IMG/VR virus record: IMGVR_UViG_3300035182_002586
Location: 186,001-250,000 of that record
Length of the DNA stretch: 64,000 nucleotides
Reading direction: 5' to 3' (one strand)
Both the position numbers and the translations under genes were made by a program. Positions 9,087-16,947 of the stretch are shown one piece after another. The first letter of the stretch is position 1, and each line of letters starts with the position of its first letter. The notes below the pieces were generated by a model. It made no database searches. It saw nothing but the letters and a program-made list of their open reading frames with translations, and was not told where the DNA came from.

Positions 9087-9985
9087 GGGGTCGCCTCGTC
9101 CAGGAAGCGGAGCCCCTCCTCGACCGACACACGGCACGGGCGGAGGGCGAGCTTCGGCCTCGCTTCCTCCGGCTGGCTGTCGATCACTTCCTGCGCCTTC
9201 TTCTCCGTCTCGTAGACGCACAGGCCGTGGCCGTTCGAGATGACGTGTCCGTGCTCTTCGGTGAGGACGATGCAGACCCCCTCGAAGGGCGGGCCCGCTT
9301 TGCGGAGCAGGGCATCGACGACCTTCCGGGCCGCCGGGATGACCCTGGCGAGCAGCACTTGCTGGTGCACGTGCTCCTGGACCTTCCGCGTCTTCTCCCA
9401 CTCGACCTGCTCGGGAGTCGTTGCCTCGAAGCTGTTCCTGAAGAGATCTCGGTACGAGATGAACCGGAGACCGTACTCCAGCGTGCTGAGTGCGTTCTTG
9501 TCGCCGTCTTCGGCCTCGGGGGTGCGGGTGTTGGCCCGCATGAGAATCCCACTACGGAGCTTCGCCCGGCACGCCTGGTAGATGACGCCGATCTTCGTCC
9601 ATCGGTCGAGCGTCTTCCATTCCTTGAGACGGGCAGTGAGCTTCTGCGAGGTCAGCTCGTCCGCCCACCACTCGGTACCGTCGTGTTGTTCCCCGAGCTG
9701 TCCAAGTTCGAGAAGGTCGGAGTCACTGATGTACCCGGAGTCCCGGTGCACACCACAGAGGATGTCCTGCATCGCCCCGGTCGTGCCGCAGCAGGGCCCG
9801 ATGTAGTCTTCCCCGTCTCGCGTGACGAGCTGCCACCAGTCGGCGGGCTTGAACGGGAGGTAGACCCGGTTGATGCGAGTGGGGTCCGGTTCCGGGTGCC
9901 GCCCCTTGCCTGGTTCCCCGACCCAGTTTCGTTCGTACTGGACCTTGACTCCGACTTCGGACAGACGCTTTTCGTGTTCGGTCAT
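9083..9985 (-). CDS. hypothetical protein
   Basis: ATG 9985 (MTEHEK...) lies 7 nt after GGTG-TACTCA; good codon bias. Confidence 0.7.
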   Translation of the reverse strand: MTEHEKRLSEVGVKVQYERNWVGEPGKGRHPEPDPTRINRVYLPFKPADWWQLVTRDGEDYIGPCCGTTGAMQDILCGVHRDSGYISDSDLLELGQLGEQHDGTEWWADELTSQKLTARLKEWKTLDRWTKIGVIYQACRAKLRSGILMRANTRTPEAEDGDKNALSTLEYGLRFISYRDLFRNSFEATTPEQVEWEKTRKVQEHVHQQVLLARVIPAARKVVDALLRKAGPPFEGVCIVLTEEHGHVISNGHGLCVYETEKKAQEVIDSQPEEARPKLALRPCRVSVEEGLRFLDEATP

Positions 9986-10010
9986 CCCTCTCTGAGTACA
10001 CCAGCGAGAG

Positions 10011-10887
10011 TCAGACGACGGTGACCTCGCCATCGTCCTTGAGCTTGATCGCTCCGCTCGTCCACGCGTTCGTGGCTGCACGAAGAGCGAGGAGAGCGTC
10101 TTCTTCCGTCGCATCGATGCCCTGGGTGCCCATGTGGCTCTCGGCTTCATCCTCTGCCGTGATCAGCGTGATCGACGACTCGTTTGGGAGCGTGAGCGTC
10201 TGCATGGCACGAGCACACATGCAGAAGGAAAGGAACTTGAGCCCGGGAACTTCCGCCGAGTGTCCCTTCATGCGGGCCTTCTGGACGAACGCCTGGAGAC
10301 CCCCAAACCAGACCTTCGGCTCGAACTCGTTCTTCACGAACGCTTCGACGCGCTTGTACGAGGCGTTCACGTCGTCGTAGGTGCGCGGCTGCGCGACGGG
10401 GCGGTCGTTCTCGAACACACAGCAGCGTTCGTGCGCGTGTGCGACGTGACCCATGACTCGCTCCAGGGTGATGACCGTGTTGAGGCTCCCTAAGCCGAGC
10501 GTGTCCGCTTGCTGGTACAGGGCAACCCCTCGATCCACTTCCTGGAGGGCGAGCGCGAGGATGTGTTTGAACTCCGGCCAGCGCTCTTCCGGGACGTGCT
10601 TCGGAGGTACGTTCCGCAGGTCGTTGATCTGACGTCCCCACTCCTTGGGGTCCGTCCCGAGCCGGAAGGTGCGGTTCTTCCGCGCGAGTTCGTCACGGAC
10701 CGCGAAGAGCGAGGCGTTCAGCGTGAGCTGCGAGGTCAGGACCCGATCCTTGCGGTAGCGGAGGGATCGGGTCCAGCTCGTCGCACTCTTTGCACCACAC
10801 CTTCGTGGTGTTCCCCTGCTCGTCCCTCCACGTGACGTACGAGTTCGCAACGGGGGTCCCACACTGCGCACAGACAGGCTCGGGCAT
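10011..10887 (-). pseudogene. gene split by a +1 frameshift near 10764; N-terminal CxxC...CxxC Zn finger
   Basis: GC3 bias switches frame at ATC-CCT-CCG. Removing one C gives MPEPVCAQC...CKECDELDPILRYRKDRVLTSQL... The downstream frame has no plausible start near the switch. Confidence 0.6.
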
Positions 10888-10892
10888 GACGG

Positions 10893-11435
10893 TTACTCCG
10901 CGTCCCGCACTACACCGACGGAGACCTCGACGCGCTTGCCGCGGACAGCCTCGAAGAGTTCCCTGTCCGGCTTCGGGCCGGCGTAGTAGCCCGGAGGGAC
11001 GATCAGGTGCCCTTTCCGGCAGCCCTTCATCTTGCAGCGATCCGCGTCCGGAAGGCTCGCAGGGTCGTACCCGTCCCGGGGGACGCGGAACTCCTCGAAG
11101 CCGTTGGGGTCGATCCACGCCGAGAACTCCATCGTGTGGTAGAGGGGGCTCTGAAACGTCAGACCGATGAGCGGGAGCTGGAGGATGTACGCGCTGTCGT
11201 GCTCGCAGTCCGTAGCGTCTCCGAGGTACGCCTTCAACACACACTGCTTGGAGTGCTCGTGGTACTGGAGGTTCGCCTGACCGAACCGGAGCCACCTGAT
11301 ACGGTCGCCGTACTCGTGGCAGTCGAACACGGTCACGACCGTGATGCACCGGTCCGCTTCCCGCGAGAGCTTGCGGAAGTCCGCGGGCGTCACGATGAAC
11401 GGGGCCTTCTTCACGTCCTCAGTGCTCTTCGACAT
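10893..11435 (-). CDS. hypothetical Cys/His-rich protein
   Basis: ATG 11435 overlaps the helicase stop (TGATG). Confidence 0.7.
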   Translation of the reverse strand: MSKSTEDVKKAPFIVTPADFRKLSREADRCITVVTVFDCHEYGDRIRWLRFGQANLQYHEHSKQCVLKAYLGDATDCEHDSAYILQLPLIGLTFQSPLYHTMEFSAWIDPNGFEEFRVPRDGYDPASLPDADRCKMKGCRKGHLIVPPGYYAGPKPDRELFEAVRGKRVEVSVGVVRDAE

Positions 11436-13693
11436 CACGACTCCCCGTTGGCCGGCGGGCGGCCGACCTGGCGCCAGTACTTCGTGCAGAGAGCAGCGGC
11501 CAGCTCCCACTGCTTGTCCGTGAGGCCGCTGAGGACCTCGTTCGCGAGCTTGTGGCCAATGCCACCGTCGGACGCGTTGAAGCCCACGTCGTTCTGCATG
11601 CGGGCGCGATCCGGGTCGAGACCGGCGAGCGTGAGCACCGCCGACATGGCCCACTTGTCACGGGCGCTGGCGGGACCACGACGCGCGGGCTCGTCGGCCG
11701 GCTGCACGTGACGCAGCTCGGGAGGGAGCATTCGGTTCTCGGCGACGGCCTTCGCACGCTCCTCGGCGTATCGGGCGATACGCTCCTCGGCGTTCTTCTT
11801 CGCCTCGTCGGCCTTGCGGGCCTCGTTCGCCGCTTCCTCCGCCAGCCGAGCGAAGTCAACCTCGGGGAGGAGGACCGGTTCCACCGAGTCCCCCGCGCGG
11901 ATGCGGGAAGCATCGACCGAAGCGTTGATCATCGCCTGCTTCGAGGCGAGGAGCGTGAAGATGCGCGCGTCGAGCGGGTGCTCCGCGACGATTTGCGTGA
12001 TGACGACGCCACGGCTTTGACCTATGCGACACACGCGATCTTCCGCCTGTTCGTTCAAAGCGGGCGTGAATTCCTGGTCGAGGAAGATGGCGTGGCACGC
12101 CTTCGTCAGCGTGATCGCGACGCCACCGGCCTTGATGGTCGCGGCGATGCCCTTGAGCTTGCCATTCTGAAAGTCTTCCTCGATGCGCGACCGCTCTTCG
12201 GCGGGGATCTCGCCGGTGATCTTCGCCCACCCCTCACGAGTGGCGAGAAGGTCGACCGCCGCGAGGTGCGCGGAGAAGACCACGACAGGCTCTTCCTGCT
12301 CCTCGTAATCCGAGACCATCTCCAAGAGAGCGGGGATCTTCGCGCGGGCGAGCATCTCGCGGGCGCGGGAGAACTCCGTGAAGCTCGTCCCGTCCATCCG
12401 GGCGATCTTCGCGCGGGCGTCTTCGATCGACTCCAGGGCGAGGGGCTCCGGAAGGTCCGCCTCGAAGGGATCCTCGTCGCTGATGATCCGGTCCCACAGG
12501 GACGGGGACTGCGCGCGGAGGATGTTCATCGCCTTGTCGCACGCCTTCACGGCCTTGGCGTCGATCGACACGCTGACCTGGCGGTAGGTCTTCACCGGCA
12601 GCTCGGGGAGCACGTCGATGCGCATGCGGCGCAGCGAGACCTTGCGCAAGTGCTTGGTGACCAGCGCCTCGTCCGGGGTGCCCCACTCGTAACCGTAGTC
12701 GCCACGCCACCCGTTGAAGGCGACGCAGAAGTTGTCCCAACTGCCGAACGCCTCGCGGGCGATGTCGGCCGCCTGGAGGACCGACCAGATCTCCTGCGGG
12801 CGGTTGAGGAGGGGCGTGGCCGTGAGCAGCCAGACCTTGCCCTGGTTCTTACGGACCAGCTCCGACATGTTGCGGAAGCGGGTCGTGCGCAGCGCCTTCG
12901 AGTTCTTGACCGCGTGGGCCTCGTCCGCGATGAGGACCGTGCCACACGCGCAGTTGCCCACCAGCTCCGCCGGGAGGATGTCGTAGTTGATGACGATGAC
13001 CTCGCCGGCCTGCGGCCAGCGGAAGCTACCGCGACCCGACAGGACTTCGATCTTGAGGTCGGGGCGCCATTTGGCCGCCTCGCGCTTCCACACGCCCTTC
13101 GCGACCGCCGGGGCCACGATGATGACGGGGGACTTCTTCGGGATCGCGAGAAGCGCCTGGACCGTCTTGCCGAGGCCCATCTGGTCCGCGAGGAGCGCGC
13201 CCCACCGGTTGGTGAGCCAACGGACGCCCTCACGCTGGAACGGGAAGAGGAACAGGCCGCGCCCACGGAGAAGCGCGTCGGCCTCGTCGAGGCGCCCTTC
13301 GGCCTCGGTCACACCGGCCTTGAAGTCCGCCGCCTTGGCCTGGAGGGCCGCCGACAGCTCCGGGAGCATGTCGAGCACGAAGCCCGACTTGCGAAGCTGA
13401 TCGACGATGAACATCGCCTTGTCGAGCGACGCGACGTTCACCCGGCGCGTGCCGTCGTAGCGGGCGCTGGCCGTAGCCGCGCGATACTCACCGAAACGGT
13501 CACCGAGGAAGCCGTGGATGCGAAAGAGGACGTTCTGGCCGTCGCGCGCGACCTCGATCTTGACGGAATCGAGTTCCCCGGCGCAGAGGGCGCACTTGGT
13601 GACCCACGGGGGGCCGAACACGAAGCCCTGGCCCACGCCCACGTTCGCGCCGCAGCCAGAACAAGCACCCGCGTAGTAGTTCTTTCGAGCCAT
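11435..13693 (-). CDS. SNF2-family helicase with N-terminal Zn ribbon, possibly SMARCAL1/HARP-like
   Basis: CSGC...CALC, LLADQMGLGKT, DEAH, TATP, GVAITLT, QAEDRVCRIGQ. ATG 13693 lies 4 nt after motif A. Confidence 0.93.
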   Translation of the reverse strand: MARKNYYAGACSGCGANVGVGQGFVFGPPWVTKCALCAGELDSVKIEVARDGQNVLFRIHGFLGDRFGEYRAATASARYDGTRRVNVASLDKAMFIVDQLRKSGFVLDMLPELSAALQAKAADFKAGVTEAEGRLDEADALLRGRGLFLFPFQREGVRWLTNRWGALLADQMGLGKTVQALLAIPKKSPVIIVAPAVAKGVWKREAAKWRPDLKIEVLSGRGSFRWPQAGEVIVINYDILPAELVGNCACGTVLIADEAHAVKNSKALRTTRFRNMSELVRKNQGKVWLLTATPLLNRPQEIWSVLQAADIAREAFGSWDNFCVAFNGWRGDYGYEWGTPDEALVTKHLRKVSLRRMRIDVLPELPVKTYRQVSVSIDAKAVKACDKAMNILRAQSPSLWDRIISDEDPFEADLPEPLALESIEDARAKIARMDGTSFTEFSRAREMLARAKIPALLEMVSDYEEQEEPVVVFSAHLAAVDLLATREGWAKITGEIPAEERSRIEEDFQNGKLKGIAATIKAGGVAITLTKACHAIFLDQEFTPALNEQAEDRVCRIGQSRGVVITQIVAEHPLDARIFTLLASKQAMINASVDASRIRAGDSVEPVLLPEVDFARLAEEAANEARKADEAKKNAEERIARYAEERAKAVAENRMLPPELRHVQPADEPARRGPASARDKWAMSAVLTLAGLDPDRARMQNDVGFNASDGGIGHKLANEVLSGLTDKQWELAAALCTKYWRQVGRPPANGES

Positions 13694-13697
13694 GCTC

Positions 13698-13729
13698 CCT
13701 CTACCCCACGACCCCGGAGGCGATCCATC
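13698..13729 (-). promoter_or_regulatory. promoter motif A (GATGGATC-N18-TAGAGG), leaderless geometry
   Basis: Same geometry as the copy at 5118-5149. Confidence 0.65.
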
Positions 13730-13800
13730 CAGGGGGGTCGACATTTCCTCGGTTCGAGGAGGGGAGGGGGTTCCGGGGGCTCATAGCCCCATGTACACCG

Positions 13801-14250
13801 TCAGCCTTCCTTCGGGGGCTCAGCCTTCACCTCGGCCTCACGGGCCTCACGCTTCGCCTTGTCGAGCTTGCCGAGGCTCTTGATGCCCAAGGGAGTCCGC
13901 GGCCCCGTCTGCCCCCTCTGGAGGTCCTTGGTGACCTGCTGGACGCTCTGCTCTACCCTTTGGTCCCGACGAGCCCCTTCGAGCTTCTGGATCTCTGCGA
14001 GAGCGTAGTCCTCGGCCGCGACGACGAGCCGACCCAACGCAGCCGTGTCGATTCTCTTGAGGGTAGGCTGCCCCTGCCCCATGAAGGTCAGGGGCAGACG
14101 CCGGATCACCTTCTGTTGGTGGGTGCGGAAGCCGACCTCCAGGTTGTACTTCGGCTTCTCTGTCTTGAGGATCAGGACCGTTACGACGAGCCCTTGCTCC
14201 TCGAACTCCTTGACCTTCTCCCACTCCAAGTAGTCTTCTCGGTTGCGCAT
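13801..14250 (-). CDS. hypothetical basic protein
   Basis: 149-aa ORF with good codon bias. Confidence 0.7.
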   Translation of the reverse strand: MRNREDYLEWEKVKEFEEQGLVVTVLILKTEKPKYNLEVGFRTHQQKVIRRLPLTFMGQGQPTLKRIDTAALGRLVVAAEDYALAEIQKLEGARRDQRVEQSVQQVTKDLQRGQTGPRTPLGIKSLGKLDKAKREAREAEVKAEPPKEG

Positions 14251-14262
14251 GCGGGCGTCCTC

Positions 14263-14290
14263 AGGGTAGCTCGGGCGTGGTTTGGGTCAA
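14263..14290 (-). promoter_or_regulatory. possible sigma70-type promoter TTGACC-N16-TACCCT
   Basis: Read on the minus strand, 12 nt upstream of ATG 14250. Confidence 0.35.
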
Positions 14291-14295
14291 TCCAG

Positions 14296-14324
14296 CCTCA
14301 CCGAGGATCCTTTCTTCGGTGAGG
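14296..14324 (+). promoter_or_regulatory. stem-loop covering the SD of the 14332 gene
   Basis: CCTCACCGA / TCGGTGAGG perfect 9-bp inverted repeat, extendable with G-U pairs. The 3' arm is the SD-like GGTGAGG. Confidence 0.5.
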
Positions 14325-14331
14325 TTTGGTG

Positions 14332-14979
14332 ATGTCTCATCCACGTCGAATCGAGTGTTTCTTGATCGAGAGCACGAATGACCACTGGGTCTACCTGCGC
14401 CGGTACCGATCGACGTACCCTGAGGCCGGGCAGTGCCCTCGCGCCCCCGGTGCATACCACAACGCCGAAGCCCTGATCAGCGAAATCCAGGCAGAGATGC
14501 CTGTGTCGGGCGACCTGGGTGTGCCCCATGACGACCCGCGGTGGCCTCTCAAGTGTGATCACTGCGCCTACATCTTCCAGCCGGAGGACCAGTGGCAGGT
14601 CAACCACCGGCGGAAGTACGTGCACCAGGCCACAGGGCGAACCTACGCGCTCACCGGCCCCGAGAACTGCAACACAGACAAGTCCATCGACGCCCCCGTT
14701 GGAGCGCTCTGGCGTGCAGACTGGCTCGAAGATCTCGACTGGCGGGGCCCGGACGGCAAGAGCTACATCGTGCGGACACCCGGGGGCGACTGGACCATCG
14801 ATGGCCCGTCCACCACCGGCGGAGGGGTTCGTCAGTCCAAGGAGAGCGGTGGAGGCTGGACGCGCAGCGGGGAAGCACCCCACTTCACCGTCCGTCCCTC
14901 CATCCTGATCGGGAAGCAACCGAACGGGAGCTACACGTACCACGGCTTCATGAACGCCGGGTTCCTCGACGAGTGCTAG
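14332..14979 (+). CDS. Zn-binding protein with C-terminal DUF6527-like segment
   Basis: CDHC, and C-terminal WTRSG..P.FTVRPSILI......YHGF..AG.L resembling DUF6527. Confidence 0.6.
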   Translation: MSHPRRIECFLIESTNDHWVYLRRYRSTYPEAGQCPRAPGAYHNAEALISEIQAEMPVSGDLGVPHDDPRWPLKCDHCAYIFQPEDQWQVNHRRKYVHQATGRTYALTGPENCNTDKSIDAPVGALWRADWLEDLDWRGPDGKSYIVRTPGGDWTIDGPSTTGGGVRQSKESGGGWTRSGEAPHFTVRPSILIGKQPNGSYTYHGFMNAGFLDEC

Positions 14980-15389
14980 GTCTTCGGGGTCTCTACAGGG
15001 TCCCCGGCGAAGGTCAGGGGCTCTCCGTGCGGGTCCCACGGTAGTTGGACCCGCAGACCCTTCTTCTTGCCGTTGCACACGGTGCAACGCTCCAGCACGC
15101 CGCCGATGCACCCATTGTGAGGGACGCGCCCCACCCCCTGACAGGCGCGGCACGGCCCGTTCTCCATTCTGAGGGGGTTGTCCTCGTAGTAGTCGACGAG
15201 ACGTGTAGCTTCCTCCGTCGTCAGGTGGTCGTTGCTGCGAAAGAAGGCGATCGCAGCCTGTGCCCTTTCGTCTCGCCATGCACCCCACACGTGGTCGTAC
15301 TCCGCGAGCACGATCCGGGCGGGCGACCCTTCTGGCTCCAGGGCGATCTTGGCGCGCAGCTCAGTCCACTCGGCTTTGGAGAGGGGCAT
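14976..15389 (-). CDS. hypothetical protein with DnaJ-type CxxCxGxG zinc finger
   Basis: CRACQGVG...CTVCNGK; ATG lies 6 nt after GGTG-TAGAGC. Confidence 0.7.
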   Translation of the reverse strand: MPLSKAEWTELRAKIALEPEGSPARIVLAEYDHVWGAWRDERAQAAIAFFRSNDHLTTEEATRLVDYYEDNPLRMENGPCRACQGVGRVPHNGCIGGVLERCTVCNGKKKGLRVQLPWDPHGEPLTFAGDPVETPKT

Positions 15390-15395
15390 GGGCGG

Positions 15396-15420
15396 GCTCT
15401 ACACCGGGTTGGTGTAAGGG
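15396..15420. promoter_or_regulatory. back-to-back pair of GGTGTA motifs (TACACC-N5-GGTGTA) between divergent genes
   Basis: TACACC at 15400-15405 and GGTGTA at 15411-15416 within a 49-bp divergent gap. Confidence 0.6.
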
Positions 15421-15438
15421 GCCGTGGAGGAGAGCACC

Positions 15439-16131
15439 ATGCCCCACTACGGATCGACCGACAGCATCCACGTCCAGGCCAAGGGGAGCACCCCGACGGC
15501 CTTCGTCAGCGCGACCTTCAAGGCAAACATCAACACGGTCGCGAAGACGGGTCCGGCCGCCAAGGAAGCTGCCAAGGAGCGCATCGCGGCCATCTGGGAG
15601 GTCCTCAAGGCGTTCGGTCCGGCCGCCGGCATCGACACCGACCGTCTGCGCACGACGTTCGCCGTGGACAGTAGCAAGGAGCACGACCGAACCACCGGGG
15701 AGCTGCGGTTCCTCGGCTACAAGGCGGCCTACTCGATCACCTTCACGGCCAAGAACGTGCTCGAAGCAACGCGCCTCCACGACGCGCTCACGAGCATCGA
15801 GGGCGTCGAGAGCCCCTCGCCCGTCTTCAACATCAACGAGAGCCCCGAGATCTATGCGCAGGCGTTCAAGGTGGCGGCCGATGCTGCGCGGGTGAAGTTC
15901 CGCCTTCAGTGCGAAGCGCTCGGGCTGGATCCGAACGCCTACGAGCCGGCGACCTGGACCATCGAGGAAGAGCAGCAGCACGGCAAGACGCTCTCGGTGG
16001 GCAACGGCCCCAAGGCGTCGGCGGTGGGCATGGAGCCCGGCAAGGCCACTCTGGCGATGACCGTCACCTTCGTGTTCGTCGCCAAGAAGGGCTCGACGAT
16101 CGCCGTGACCGGCAGCGGTCTGCCTGGCTGA
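15439..16131 (+). CDS. SIMPL (DUF541) domain protein
   Basis: IHVQAKGS...GIDTDRLRT...GYKAAYSITFT...A...AADAAR.K...ALGL...PGKATLAMTVTFVF. GGAGG SD present; no signal peptide. Confidence 0.8.
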   Translation: MPHYGSTDSIHVQAKGSTPTAFVSATFKANINTVAKTGPAAKEAAKERIAAIWEVLKAFGPAAGIDTDRLRTTFAVDSSKEHDRTTGELRFLGYKAAYSITFTAKNVLEATRLHDALTSIEGVESPSPVFNINESPEIYAQAFKVAADAARVKFRLQCEALGLDPNAYEPATWTIEEEQQHGKTLSVGNGPKASAVGMEPGKATLAMTVTFVFVAKKGSTIAVTGSGLPG

Positions 16132-16138
16132 ACTCCCG

Positions 16139-16171
16139 GAGAGGGGCTCTACGTGAGTTCAAGCCCCTCTC
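16139..16171. terminator. inverted repeat at the junction of convergent genes
   Basis: GAGAGGGGCT / AGCCCCTCTC 10-bp stem; no U-tract. Confidence 0.45.
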
Positions 16172-16550
16172 GCAAGTCGTGTGCGATGCTACGGAAGTGG
16201 GCCCGGGTCTCACGGCAGATGCGGTCCCCGGGCTTCACAGCTTCTCGACATGCTCGGGGCCGGTCCTCGTAGACCGAGCACGACGTGTTCTGGAGGAGGT
16301 TGCCGCGCAGGGCAACACAGGCGCAGATCTGAGCCCCTTTGAAGGGGCCCTGTCGCTGTGTGGCCCATCTCGTTCGGATGGCCCCCTCGCCAGCCATGTC
16401 CGACTGGTACACGTGGAGTCGAACAAACTTGGGGCCTAGACGCACCACATCTTCCGCCGTGACGTCACAGAGTGCAGGTTGATCTTCCGTGGAGACGCAG
16501 CAGGCACCGCACGTCAGACAGGTCTCTGCGGTGATGGTCTCCCGTGCCAC
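16149..16550 (-). CDS. YkgJ-family cysteine-cluster (CxxCxxCC) protein
   Basis: CLTCGACC...CVAL...CSVYEDRPRACR. GTG 16550 overlaps the upstream TAG. Confidence 0.85.
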   Translation of the reverse strand: MARETITAETCLTCGACCVSTEDQPALCDVTAEDVVRLGPKFVRLHVYQSDMAGEGAIRTRWATQRQGPFKGAQICACVALRGNLLQNTSCSVYEDRPRACREAVKPGDRICRETRAHFRSIAHDLREGLELT

Positions 16551-16879
16551 TATCGGCCGTCCTGCGTGGGGTGCCACCCCATCGAGATCTCCAGCTCCTC
16601 GGCCACGTCTGCGGCCTGGAGGAGCATCCGAGCGAGGACGCGCGCCGTTCGCGGGCTCATCCCACGCTTGACCCCCTTCTCCTGGCCAATGAGGACGACC
16701 GGGGCGTAGGCCACACGGTGCTTGTTCGGAGCACCGTTGGGCAACGTCTCGGGGGCGTCCATCTGCCCTACGTACACATCGAGCGGCTCCCCCTTGCTCC
16801 ACTCGGGGTGTGTCATCATCGGGCGTTCGTTGATCTTGCGGGTCTTGATCCGCTGATACTTGCGTGTGTCCTCCGCCAT
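16550..16879 (-). CDS. hypothetical protein
   Basis: ATG 16879 with GGAG SD and an upstream TGG-TAGGAT extended -10-like element. Confidence 0.65.
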   Translation of the reverse strand: MAEDTRKYQRIKTRKINERPMMTHPEWSKGEPLDVYVGQMDAPETLPNGAPNKHRVAYAPVVLIGQEKGVKRGMSPRTARVLARMLLQAADVAEELEISMGWHPTQDGR

Positions 16880-16947
16880 AGTCTTCGCTCCAGTCCAAGA
16901 TATCCTACCACGGTAGCGCGGCCGTGTACCCCTAGAACCGTCGGACG

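Noticed and set aside
11552-13786. Long antisense ORFs (also 2380-3966, 17029-18477, 43240-45825, 50160-51968)
   Set aside because: These are shadow frames of GC3-rich genes on the opposite strand, with no motifs of their own.
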